Assembly (NCBI GenBank): GCA_021806615.1
Contig: JAJZRB010000006.1
Coordinates: 1 to 57,196, forward strand
Direction: 5' to 3'
DNA: 57,196 nt
Source of the DNA: a bacterium
Lineage (GTDB): Bacteria; Patescibacteriota; Patescibacteriia; Patescibacteriales; UBA12465
Of the stretch, positions 1-10,314 are shown piece by piece. The notes below the pieces were generated by a model. It did no database searches. It was not told the origin of the DNA and worked only from the letters and a program-made list of their open reading frames with translations. Each line of letters begins with the position of its first letter. Position 1 is the first letter of the stretch. A program made the translations under genes and the position numbers.

Positions 1-272
1 CGCTTTTGGACGTCCGGCCGACGGCTCAAGCAGCCGGTTACGACTATCTTAGCGGCGGCATTACGACGCCTGATCTCATTAGCCAAACCATAAACACGGT
101 CTTCGGCTGCTTGCCGGATGCCGCAAGTGTTGAGAATAACGGCTTGAGCGCTTTCAAAGTCGCGAGCCGCTCGGAAGCCCTCCCCCTCTAAAAAAGAGGC
201 CAGACGCTCGCTATCAGCCTGGTTCATCTGGCAACCGATAGTCACGATCTTATAAGTCTTATGGCGTTTCAT
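1..272 (-). CDS. Radical-SAM methylthiotransferase (MiaB/RimO/MtaB family), N-terminal fragment running off the left edge
   Basis: Absent from the ORF track because the window edge truncates it. Minus-strand translation from the ATG at 272 gives MKRHKTYKIVTIGCQMNQADSERLASFLEGEGF...AVILNTCGIRQAAEDRVYG...KIVVTGCLSRRPDVQK. This is the UPF0004 N-terminal domain pattern (GCQMN / NTC / GC cysteines). Confidence 0.7.
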   Translation of the reverse strand, partial: MKRHKTYKIVTIGCQMNQADSERLASFLEGEGFRAARDFESAQAVILNTCGIRQAAEDRVYGLANEIRRRNAAAKIVVTGCLSRRPDVQK

Positions 273-2043
273 AAATTTGTGAATTTTCCAATTTATACAG
301 GCCGAATTTAGCGTTGGTTTTCTGGACCAGCTTCAAGCTTAAGCCATAAACATTCAATTTTCGCTCATCCAGGTAAGAAACATCGGCATCATTCAAATAG
401 AAATTATAATAATAAAGCGGATAGAATTTAACCAGTTTCACGGCCGCCCGCAAGACTTCTCCGTCCGGGATAGTCCCCATGATGACCCGCCGCTCCGGCC
501 AAAAAAATTTATCATAATAGCGGGTGATAATGATAGCCGAGGGTTCGGTCAGGCTCCAAACTTTTTCAGTATTCAGCTTCTCCGCTCGATTATTATAGTA
601 TAAATAAGCCAAACCTTCTTCCGAGCCATAGAGGACGAACAGGAGAGACAAAGAGGCATAGGCTAAAACAGCCGCGGCCTGCAATCCGGTGGCGATAAAG
701 CCGCGCCAGCGCGGACCGTTTTCCCGCGCCAGAAGAAAAATCGCGCGGCTCAGGCGAACGAGGGCCAAAGCGGCGAGCGGCATCAAGCCCAAATAAAGCG
801 GCAGCCAATAGCGGGTATAAGAATTACCTATGGTAAAATGGGTCAGATCCGGATTATCGTTAAACTTCCAGCTGCCATAATAGAAGACGAGAAGGGCGCT
901 GGAAAAAATCCAGGCCAAGATATAAGCTAAATATTTCTTCTGGAAACGCCGGCCGTTCTGGATAATCAGGATGAATAAACCGACCGAACCGGCATTAAAA
1001 AGCAGGGAGAACATGTCCTGGACGTAATGCCGGAACATAGCCATAGATTGCGGATAATTAAAGCCGAAATAAAAGATCTGGTGGAAAATCCTCCCTAAGT
1101 AATGGCGGTAATACCCGAATTGTCCGGTCCAGGTAAACTGCCAAAGGACGCTGCTATTCTGTGCGATATCATCTAAGGAGCGGTTCATTTCGTTATAACC
1201 GCCATGCCAGAAAGAATTATATAAAATTTCATTATAATAAGCGACCGGGATAAAAGCTAAAATAAAACCGGCGATGGACAAGAACAGCTTGCTTATTCCC
1301 CATCGGCGGCAATAGAAGAGCCAGATTAAGAATAGGGCCGGAGCGAGCCATAATAATTCAGAGGTCCTGGTAATAGCCGCCAAGCCGATCAAAAAACCCC
1401 CTGAAAAAGCGGCTAATAGTTCCAGCCACGCACGCCCAGATAGAGACCAGGACAAGAATTTTCTGGACGGAGCCGGCGTTTCCCGGCGGCCTAAAGCCAG
1501 GCTTAAAACATATAAACCGGCGAGCAGCATCGCTACGAACAGGACATTATGGAACATGCTACGCACCGTATAATAGATATAAACCGGGAAAAAAGCCAGG
1601 AGAAAGGCGGACCATAAAGCGATGCGTTCCGAAAATAATCGCCTGATTATCAAGAAGAAAAAAATAAGGCCGAGAGCGGCAAAAAACGGCGTCAAGTAAG
1701 GAATGATCGGGGTGCCGAAAATGGCGGCCAGACTGCCGTAGATTAAAATAATCCCTAAAAAACTGACCGGCTTTATCGATCCGGCGTCGCTACGGACGCT
1801 GCGCGGCATGATAAGATTATCGCCGATCAGATTAGCAGAATCAAAAAAAGCCAACTGCCCGGTCTGGCTGAAGCGCTTCGTAAAAAAATAATTAGCCGTC
1901 TCATCCGGCGACGACCATTTGACGTAATCCTTATCCTGCGTCAAATAATTAAAGCTGGACGTAGCAAGAAAAAAAATCAAGGCTAACAGGCTGACGATGA
2001 TTAAATTATGATATTTTTTCCAGAACATTGAATTTAAAAGCAT
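259..2043 (-). CDS. GT-C fold polytopic membrane glycosyltransferase (PMT_2/ArnT-like, GT39/GT83-type)
   Basis: 594 aa with more than 10 predicted TM helices. An acidic motif sits in the first extracytoplasmic loop (WSSPDETANYFF, compare the DE(x)RYA motif of ArnT/PMT). The C-terminal part is soluble. Confidence 0.6.
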   Translation of the reverse strand: MLLNSMFWKKYHNLIIVSLLALIFFLATSSFNYLTQDKDYVKWSSPDETANYFFTKRFSQTGQLAFFDSANLIGDNLIMPRSVRSDAGSIKPVSFLGIILIYGSLAAIFGTPIIPYLTPFFAALGLIFFFLIIRRLFSERIALWSAFLLAFFPVYIYYTVRSMFHNVLFVAMLLAGLYVLSLALGRRETPAPSRKFLSWSLSGRAWLELLAAFSGGFLIGLAAITRTSELLWLAPALFLIWLFYCRRWGISKLFLSIAGFILAFIPVAYYNEILYNSFWHGGYNEMNRSLDDIAQNSSVLWQFTWTGQFGYYRHYLGRIFHQIFYFGFNYPQSMAMFRHYVQDMFSLLFNAGSVGLFILIIQNGRRFQKKYLAYILAWIFSSALLVFYYGSWKFNDNPDLTHFTIGNSYTRYWLPLYLGLMPLAALALVRLSRAIFLLARENGPRWRGFIATGLQAAAVLAYASLSLLFVLYGSEEGLAYLYYNNRAEKLNTEKVWSLTEPSAIIITRYYDKFFWPERRVIMGTIPDGEVLRAAVKLVKFYPLYYYNFYLNDADVSYLDERKLNVYGLSLKLVQKTNAKFGLYKLENSQIYETP

Positions 2044-2065
2044 TACGTGATTATCTTATCCGAAA

Positions 2066-2095
2066 TTGCCAATTTTAGCAAGAATTTGCTATTAT
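2066..2095 (+). promoter_or_regulatory. Candidate sigma70-type promoter for the 2102 gene, overlapping a palindrome
   Basis: TTGCCA (2066-2071), an 18 nt spacer, then TATTAT (2090-2095). The ATG at 2102 is only 6 nt downstream, so the mRNA would be leaderless. The palindrome TAGCAAgaatTTGCTA at 2076-2091 lies in the spacer. Confidence 0.3.
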
Positions 2096-2101
2096 TTAAA
2101 T

Positions 2102-4102
2102 ATGCACCAAAAAATTCTTAATTGGCCTAAAATAACAGGTGATTTTAACGAATACAGCCTGATTTTCCTGGCCCTGATCGCTATATTCGGAGCGACGATT
2201 TATTATGCTTACGCTTTAGACTGGCCAGCGATAATTATCACCATAATATTAAGCGCCGCTACTTTATTCTTTTTCCGACCTTTCAAACGGCAGCTGGCAT
2301 CCAGTCGCGGACTATCAAACCTTAAAAAGGCAGAAAAAATATGGCTCGCCGTTTACGGCCTGAACCTTCTGGCTCTCCTCGCCGTTTTATGGTCGAGTCG
2401 CAGCGATCGAGCCTTGATTTCTCCGTGGCAAGTCGTAAATTATAATTTTTTCTGGCTCTACGCCTCAGCCTCATTCTTCTTGATAGTTATCTTGGCCAAG
2501 AAGAGAATAAGCGCTAATTGGAAAATAGCCTTACTTAGCGCTCATTATTTTCTATCCTTCTCAGTCGCCTTGATCGTCTATAAGATCGGATACGGCTTTG
2601 ACCCCTTCATTCATCAAGCCACGATGGAGCTTATTGCCGCCAAAGGCCAAGTCCTGCCGAAACCTCCTTATTATCTCGGCGCCTACAGCCTGATGGTCAT
2701 TATCAATAAATTAAGCGGCTTATCCCTACATTTTTTGAATCAAATCTTGGTCCCCGGCTTGAGCGCTTTCTTCTTGCCGCCGGCCATATATCATTTTCTC
2801 GTCCAGCGGAGCGAAAATCAGGATAAGGCGGATGATGGGAATCTTTATTTTGAATCCGGACCTATATTTTTAACCATACTTTTCTTGCTGGTCTTGACCT
2901 TCGCTCCTTTCACTCTTACGACGCCGCAAAATTTAAGCTATCTGTTCCTGATCTTGACGGTCCTCGCCGGATTGAATAACGGCCGCTTGGACCGGGTTTT
3001 CATCCTGGCAGCCGCTACCGCTTCCATCCATCCCCTGACCGGACTACCGGCCTTAAGCTGGGCGGTTTGGTTAAGCTTTAGCAAGTACGGAAAAAAATTC
3101 AGCAAAAAAATTCAAAAAATTACCGCCGCCGTTATCTGGCTGATGACCGCCCTGGCTCTACCGGTATCTTTGTTCCTAAGCGCCGGCCAAAGCTGGAAAA
3201 CAGGCGGGAACTGGCTCTTATCATTTTTTGAGCCATTAAAAAATCTAATAGCCAACCCGGGAAGCGCTGGACGAGAAGACTGGCTCTTAAATTCCGTCTA
3301 TTTCTTGGCCGATAACTATCAACTGTTATTCATCCTGATTTGCGCCGCGGCCCTGGTCTTATTTTATCGCCGCGCTAGACAAAGCGAATCATCGGAAGAA
3401 CCGGCTCTAAGCGGCTTAATCTTTATAAACTCCGGGCTCATAGCAGCCTATCTCTTAAGCAGCCGAATAAAATTCACGGATTTAATAAGCTACGAGCAAA
3501 CCGCTTATGCCGAACGCATACCGCTTATTATCGCTATTTTCTTCTTACCGCTCCTGGCTTGGCTCTCTCTGAGACTGCTTGGCCGATTATTCCGGCTGCC
3601 GAATCCAGAAATGATTATCTGGCTTATTTTCGGCTTAAGCCTCTTGACTGCCAGCCTATATCTATCTTACCCGCGTTTTGATAAATATTGGAATAGCCGC
3701 GGCTATAGCACGAGCGCCTATGACCTCACAGCAGTCCACGCTATTGACCAGGATGCTCCGGCTTCTTATATTGTTCTCGCTAACCAGCAAGTCAGCGCCG
3801 CCGCTTTGCAGCAATTCGGCTTTGACCATTATTATCAGACTAAGCTCGGGCCGCTATACTTCTATCCTATCCCGACCGGCGGGCCGCTGTACCAATATTA
3901 TTTAGATATGGTTTATAAAAGCCCCAGCCAAGATAATCTGGCCGGGGCCTGCCGCCTGACGGGCGCAAAGAGAGCTTATCTCGTCGTCAATAAATACTGG
4001 TATCAAAGCGGCCGGACGATCAATGAGGCTAAATTAGCCGCGGACCATTGGTGGACTATAAATAATGAAGTTTATATCTTCTCTTATAATTGCCCGGACT
4101 GA
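2102..4102 (+). CDS. Large polytopic membrane protein with a C-terminal soluble domain (unassigned, possibly GT-C-like)
   Basis: The track ORF is 2066..4102. The first ATG is at 2102 (MHQKILNW...). About 12 or more hydrophobic helices are followed by a Tyr/Trp-rich tail of roughly 130 aa. It is transcribed divergently from the GT-C gene at 259..2043. Confidence 0.6.
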   Translation: MHQKILNWPKITGDFNEYSLIFLALIAIFGATIYYAYALDWPAIIITIILSAATLFFFRPFKRQLASSRGLSNLKKAEKIWLAVYGLNLLALLAVLWSSRSDRALISPWQVVNYNFFWLYASASFFLIVILAKKRISANWKIALLSAHYFLSFSVALIVYKIGYGFDPFIHQATMELIAAKGQVLPKPPYYLGAYSLMVIINKLSGLSLHFLNQILVPGLSAFFLPPAIYHFLVQRSENQDKADDGNLYFESGPIFLTILFLLVLTFAPFTLTTPQNLSYLFLILTVLAGLNNGRLDRVFILAAATASIHPLTGLPALSWAVWLSFSKYGKKFSKKIQKITAAVIWLMTALALPVSLFLSAGQSWKTGGNWLLSFFEPLKNLIANPGSAGREDWLLNSVYFLADNYQLLFILICAAALVLFYRRARQSESSEEPALSGLIFINSGLIAAYLLSSRIKFTDLISYEQTAYAERIPLIIAIFFLPLLAWLSLRLLGRLFRLPNPEMIIWLIFGLSLLTASLYLSYPRFDKYWNSRGYSTSAYDLTAVHAIDQDAPASYIVLANQQVSAAALQQFGFDHYYQTKLGPLYFYPIPTGGPLYQYYLDMVYKSPSQDNLAGACRLTGAKRAYLVVNKYWYQSGRTINEAKLAADHWWTINNEVYIFSYNCPD

Positions 4103-4130
4103 ACGCCGGTCGTCTGAGTCTAGCCGCTAA

Positions 4131-6530
4131 CTAATGGCTTTCTTGATAATCCCAGACCGGGCCGACGGAAAAGACCTTATTGTCCCCTTCTCTATGGATA
4201 AGAACGAGGAGCTTCAAACGGCTCAAGTCTTCACGAAGCACGCTTTTTTGCGTCGGCAGCTTTATAGCCAGCTGTTTAGCTGAAAGCGGGGACATGGAAA
4301 TCTGGAGCTGTTTAGTAAAATCAGTGATCAGTTCATTGTCGGTTTCGCCTAGCTTCTCGCCGCTCAGCTCCTTGACGACTATCTTTTTTAAGGAATTAAG
4401 GCTATCGGAAAAATTACGGACATCCTGCAAGGCTGGACGGACATCTGAATCCAATTGCAAGGCCGAGAACATCTTGAGAATCATATCATCATTAGCGGCC
4501 ATCTCATTAAGCAGATCCAAATTCGGCTCTATATAGGAATTCTCGCTCCAACGGGAAAAATCATCCAGATTTTGACCCTTAACGACCGGCGCCACGGAAA
4601 ATTTTTCTAACGGCAATTGCAGATTTATCCAAGCGGCGGCGGCAGTCTTCAAAGATTGGCCCTGCCAGGCGGCGGAACGGGCGAAGAGCGGCAGATTAGT
4701 CTTCGGCATGCTGAGGTAAGCCTTAAGCAGGCTTAAAGTAGTCCAATAATTATTCAGGTGCCAGACTGAATTACGGCTTAATTCGGTGCGCAGCTCCTGG
4801 GATACGCGGGAATAATCAGCATAGTTGGTATTCTCAGCGAAATAATCATTATTGCCGATAGGATAGACGAGATTTATAGTATCCAAGGCAAAACCATTAC
4901 AACGCTTATTCTGCTCGTTCGTCCTGTCTAGGCAAGCTGTGACATTATAAGGCTTAGTGCTCGTCCCGGCGTAACTGCCGATCACCGGAGAGACTAAACG
5001 GCTGAAAATATAGCTATTAGGCCAATATGGTTCCGCGAGCATTTTAAAGCCCAGTTTCGCTCTAGTCGCCGGATCGCTCTTGATAAGAGCGCCGGAAATT
5101 TCCGGAAAATCATAGCTGGCCAACTTTCCGCGTAATTTTTCCAGATTAGCCAACCCGTCTTTATTCTGGTCATCAAATAATTTTTCAATATCGTAATCAG
5201 TCCCAAATAAAGCGGCTAAAGAATCACGATAATGGACATAATCAAGCTCCTCCCGCAAACCCTTGAAGAAAGACATGACTTTATAAATCCGGGCCCATTT
5301 GTTCTTGACGTCCGATAAGCTGGAAAAGTCCTGGGAAATCAGGCTGGCCGCGGTCAGATTTATGCGCCAGTCCGCTTTGTCTAAAAGGCAGCTTGGGCAG
5401 TCTTTGGCGCGATAATTCAGAGGAAAGACGGAATTAAGCCATTTGGTGGTCAGATAAAAATTATTCAATTTGGCGTTGGCTAAATAATCGACCGGCACCG
5501 TAAAATCGGAATAATTTCGCGGGTACAGCATGACCGGCGATTTAGTTTGGGCTCTAGAATCTCGGATCAATTTTACTTCCGCCAAGACATCATCGCGCAA
5601 ATAAGGCGGAACCACGAAATAAAAATGGCTGGCTTCAGACGAAACGAAAAGCCCGCCGCTATCCGCCGCCCCTTTGGCCGCTATCTGGTCCGCCGCCGGC
5701 TTCAAGAGCTCAAGCGCGACCGCGAAGAAAGCGGTCTCCAGCCTTTCTCCTTCCAGGACGGAATCGTTAATATCGCCGATAGCCGCCAAACGGGCTTCAT
5801 AACGATTCTTGGCGACGGTATACATTTCCTTATTGATATCCCAGAGGTTATCATAAAACACATTCTCCTCCACATCTTTGAAGACTTTCTTAAAAATATT
5901 CTGATAATAATAAAGCAAGAAATCAGAAGTAATCATCAGCGGCAATTGGCGGCTATTCAAGTTGCTGTATAGCGAATAGAAGTCCGGCGCGGCCTGCGGC
6001 CAAGGATTGACGATAGTCGCGAAGCCGTTTTTATTAAGGCTGTCCAGGCCCGGATCCAAATTCAATTTACGGGAAACGTCATAATAGTTCATGACCTCTA
6101 TCTTCACATTGAGAGGCAGTTCATAATCATTTATCTGCGGGGAGATCTTATTATCCGGCGCCTTATAAAAATCGCCGAAAGTCAGATATTCCACAGAGGT
6201 GTTAGTGGAGGAAGCCACGATATCGCTGGAAGTCGCGCCGCCTAAAGCATTGAGGTCGGGCAAATTTCCGGGGCTGGTAGAACTGGCTGCGCTGGTCGCG
6301 GCAGTAGGCGCCGGAGAAGCCGGCGCTTTAGCCGGTTGGGAAAAAAAATGATATTTTTGCCCGATGAAAAAAACCGCGACGGCGAGAATGACAAAGAAAA
6401 TGATGAAAGCTAGCGCCAACAATATTTTCTTCCGGCCGGACCGGGGAGATTGCTGATCCTCGGAAGACGCCGGATTAGAGCTCGTTTCCGCCAGCTCAGA
6501 CGAAAGAATGGTTGGTTCATCGGAAGGCAT
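4131..6530 (-). CDS. Membrane-anchored large extracytoplasmic protein of unknown function (possibly DUF3160-like, unverified)
   Basis: 799 aa. It has an acidic N-terminus, a single TM anchor (ILLALAFIIFFVILAVAVFFI), a Pro/Ala/Ser/Thr linker, then a globular region of about 680 aa. I recognise no catalytic motif. Confidence 0.6.
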   Translation of the reverse strand: MPSDEPTILSSELAETSSNPASSEDQQSPRSGRKKILLALAFIIFFVILAVAVFFIGQKYHFFSQPAKAPASPAPTAATSAASSTSPGNLPDLNALGGATSSDIVASSTNTSVEYLTFGDFYKAPDNKISPQINDYELPLNVKIEVMNYYDVSRKLNLDPGLDSLNKNGFATIVNPWPQAAPDFYSLYSNLNSRQLPLMITSDFLLYYYQNIFKKVFKDVEENVFYDNLWDINKEMYTVAKNRYEARLAAIGDINDSVLEGERLETAFFAVALELLKPAADQIAAKGAADSGGLFVSSEASHFYFVVPPYLRDDVLAEVKLIRDSRAQTKSPVMLYPRNYSDFTVPVDYLANAKLNNFYLTTKWLNSVFPLNYRAKDCPSCLLDKADWRINLTAASLISQDFSSLSDVKNKWARIYKVMSFFKGLREELDYVHYRDSLAALFGTDYDIEKLFDDQNKDGLANLEKLRGKLASYDFPEISGALIKSDPATRAKLGFKMLAEPYWPNSYIFSRLVSPVIGSYAGTSTKPYNVTACLDRTNEQNKRCNGFALDTINLVYPIGNNDYFAENTNYADYSRVSQELRTELSRNSVWHLNNYWTTLSLLKAYLSMPKTNLPLFARSAAWQGQSLKTAAAAWINLQLPLEKFSVAPVVKGQNLDDFSRWSENSYIEPNLDLLNEMAANDDMILKMFSALQLDSDVRPALQDVRNFSDSLNSLKKIVVKELSGEKLGETDNELITDFTKQLQISMSPLSAKQLAIKLPTQKSVLREDLSRLKLLVLIHREGDNKVFSVGPVWDYQESH

Positions 6531-6534
6531 AAAT

Positions 6535-7485
6535 TTATTTTAAATATTTATATTTATTTCTCAAATGCTCTTCGTAGGTCTTGGCGTAGATTACCGTATC
6601 TTTCCCTTGAGGAGTCAAGAAATAATTATAATCGCTGGCCAGAGGATAAATGGCCGCCTCAATCGCCAAGAGGCCGGGGTTACAGATCGGACCGGGCGGC
6701 AAACCTCGATATCTATAGGTATTATAGGGTGAATCCACTTCCAGATCCTGGCGGCTATGGCTCGGCTCATTATCATCAAAAATATAAGATAAGGTAGCAT
6801 CGGACTGCAAAGCCTGGCCTATTTTCAATCGTCGCCAAAAGATGCCGGAAATTATGCGGGCATCATGGTTGTCTTGCCGTCCGTAATCAAGCGGCGCCTC
6901 TTTCTCGATGATAGAAGCCATAGTGACGATTTCATAGATCGTCTTGCCTTGGGCCTTGATGTCGGCGCGCATCTGCGGCGTTAATTTCTTATCGAAATTA
7001 AGCAACATCTTATTGACCACCGTTTCTACCGTCGAAGTAGCATAAATACGATAGGTGTCCGGGAATAAGTAACCTTCCAAGCCGTAATATCCGGGCTTAT
7101 CTTTCAAAAAAGAAAAGCGTTCAGACCAGTCGGCGAGCGGTGGCCAGTCTTTATGCTGGCGATAGTCAATCTGCGGCTGTCCGACGACCTCTAAAAATTG
7201 GGCATTCGGCCATTTGCCCAAGCGTTCAAAATAATCGGCGATATCGCGCTCAGTCCACCCCTCTAGAATCTGGATCGTTTCTTCCGGCCTGGCTAGAGAA
7301 GTTGGGGGCGTTTCTGCGCGATGGCTAAGCTTATCGATGATCTTGACGATGAAGGGCGGAAAATTTTTTTCATTATCGACGATCAGGGTGCGATAGACAT
7401 AACGGACGTAAAAAAGGCTGATGACTAAGATCGTGACGAAAAGGGTGGCGACTGTAATTGAAAAATATCTAACGACTTTTTTCAT
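6535..7485 (-). CDS. mltG: Endolytic murein transglycosylase MltG (YceG family)
   Basis: N-terminal TM anchor and YceG hallmark segments: SIIEKEA, SDATLSY, SPYNTYRYRGLPPGPICNPG. Confidence 0.9.
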   Translation of the reverse strand: MKKVVRYFSITVATLFVTILVISLFYVRYVYRTLIVDNEKNFPPFIVKIIDKLSHRAETPPTSLARPEETIQILEGWTERDIADYFERLGKWPNAQFLEVVGQPQIDYRQHKDWPPLADWSERFSFLKDKPGYYGLEGYLFPDTYRIYATSTVETVVNKMLLNFDKKLTPQMRADIKAQGKTIYEIVTMASIIEKEAPLDYGRQDNHDARIISGIFWRRLKIGQALQSDATLSYIFDDNEPSHSRQDLEVDSPYNTYRYRGLPPGPICNPGLLAIEAAIYPLASDYNYFLTPQGKDTVIYAKTYEEHLRNKYKYLK

Positions 7486-7488
7486 GGT

Positions 7489-8001
7489 TTATCTGCTAGA
7501 TTTAACACGCCTATGCTTTGAAGCGGCCGGAGCTTTCTGCTCTTTCAAGATAGCCGCGCGGGCGATTATTTCCGAGCTGGCTCTTATCTTACGGCCTAAG
7601 CCGTCAACCATCTTGATGCCTAGTTTCTGACAAATAGGATATTCCGGCACGTTGACGATATTATGCCGGTCGCCGCCATTGGCGAAAATATCCGGATGGA
7701 CTCTAGCCAATGATTTTATCACCGGTATTTCTCCATTGGCTAACTTATAGTCATCAACGGCCAAGAATACCTGGTCGACGTCACGCAAAGCTCCGATAAT
7801 TTTGACCCGGTCTTTTTCGGACATAAAAGGGACCCGATTCTTCAGTTTTACCTGCTTGTCATTATTGACGATCACGACTAATTTGTCGCCTAATTTCTTA
7901 GCCCTCCTGATCATATCAATATGCCCGACATGAAGCGGATTGAAAAAGCCGGAAACAGCGACAACGGTCAATTTTTTATGTTTTTTTCTTGATTTAGCCA
8001 T
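7489..8001 (-). CDS. Cytidylyltransferase-like nucleotidyltransferase (HldC/RfaE-II / TagD-like)
   Basis: GFFNPLHVGHIDMIRRAK (HxGH nucleotidyltransferase motif), 170 aa, with a basic C-terminal tail. Confidence 0.7.
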   Translation of the reverse strand: MAKSRKKHKKLTVVAVSGFFNPLHVGHIDMIRRAKKLGDKLVVIVNNDKQVKLKNRVPFMSEKDRVKIIGALRDVDQVFLAVDDYKLANGEIPVIKSLARVHPDIFANGGDRHNIVNVPEYPICQKLGIKMVDGLGRKIRASSEIIARAAILKEQKAPAASKHRRVKSSR

Positions 8002-8062
8002 AAGCCCTAATTAAATGGTGATTAGATGCTTACATTATAACAAAAAAAAGATAAATTAGCAC

Positions 8063-8092
8063 TAAAAGAGCCGCCCTTTTTCTGGCGGCTCT
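8063..8092 (-). terminator. Rho-independent terminator after groEL
   Basis: A 9-bp stem AGAGCCGCC/GGCGGCTCT (8067-8075 / 8084-8092) with an 8-nt loop. On the minus-strand RNA it is followed by a short U tract. Confidence 0.55.
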
Positions 8093-8115
8093 TGAAAATT
8101 AATCGCTAAAATAAA

Positions 8116-9807
<1,692 letters not shown>

Positions 9808-9815
9808 TTAAATAA

Positions 9816-10106
9816 TTATTCAATAATGGCAACGATATCGTTCTCGCTGAGCACCAGATAATCTTCTCCGTCGATCTTTACTTCATCGGGCGAATATTTC
9901 TTAAAGACGACTTTATCGCCGACCTTAACGGACATTTTGGCGGCTTGGCCATTTTCCAAAATTTTTCCGGAACCGACAGCGACGACTTCGCCTTTCTCGG
10001 GCTTTTCCTTATCTACCGTATCCGGCAAAACTATGCCGGACTTAGTGATTTCTTCTTTGGCTAAGGGCTTGATGATAACATTATTAAAGAGTGGTTTTAA
10101 TTTCAT
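9816..10106 (-). CDS. groS: Co-chaperonin GroES
   Basis: 96 aa. MKLKPLFNNVIIKP...GIVLPD...GEVVAVG. It sits 38 nt upstream of groEL. Confidence 0.97.
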   Translation of the reverse strand: MKLKPLFNNVIIKPLAKEEITKSGIVLPDTVDKEKPEKGEVVAVGSGKILENGQAAKMSVKVGDKVVFKKYSPDEVKIDGEDYLVLSENDIVAIIE

Positions 10107-10135
10107 ATTTTTTATCTTATATTAAATAAATTTGA

Positions 10136-10162
10136 TTAGCACTCTTTTATCGCGAGTGCTAA
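10136..10162 (-). promoter_or_regulatory. CIRCE operator (HrcA binding site) upstream of groES
   Basis: A perfect match to the consensus TTAGCACTC-N9-GAGTGCTAA (TTAGCACTC ttttatcgc GAGTGCTAA). Confidence 0.92.
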
Positions 10163-10172
10163 CGATGTTATT

Positions 10173-10201
10173 ATTTTAAGCCCTAAGAAAAAAGTTGTCA
10201 A
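10173..10201 (-). promoter_or_regulatory. Sigma70-type promoter of groES-groEL
   Basis: On the minus strand: TTGACA (10196-10201), a 17 nt spacer, then TAAAAT (10173-10178). The CIRCE element starts about 10 nt downstream. Confidence 0.6.
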
Positions 10202-10208
10202 GACAAAG

Positions 10209-10236
10209 AAAAAAGAGAGCTTTTTTACGGCTCCCT
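10209..10236 (-). terminator. Rho-independent terminator after the 10315..11172 gene
   Basis: A 7-bp stem (10214-10220 / 10230-10236, with one G-U pair in the minus-strand RNA) and a 9-nt loop, followed on the minus-strand RNA by UUUUUCUUU. Confidence 0.5.
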
Positions 10237-10314
10237 TTTAATTGAGGGGGGATTGGGGGTGAGATTAAAACCTTTTGAAGATTTGTAAGTACTGACTAAC
10301 AAATTTTGAAAGAA

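Noticed and set aside
6-191. 61-aa plus-strand ORF at the left edge
   Set aside because: It lies antisense to a much better-supported, edge-truncated MiaB/RimO-family N-terminal domain on the minus strand (1..272) and has no recognisable motifs.
8056-8063. TTAGCACT half-site resembling CIRCE downstream of groEL
   Set aside because: Only one arm is present, with no GAGTGCTAA partner at N9 spacing. It overlaps the groEL terminator region and is most likely chance.
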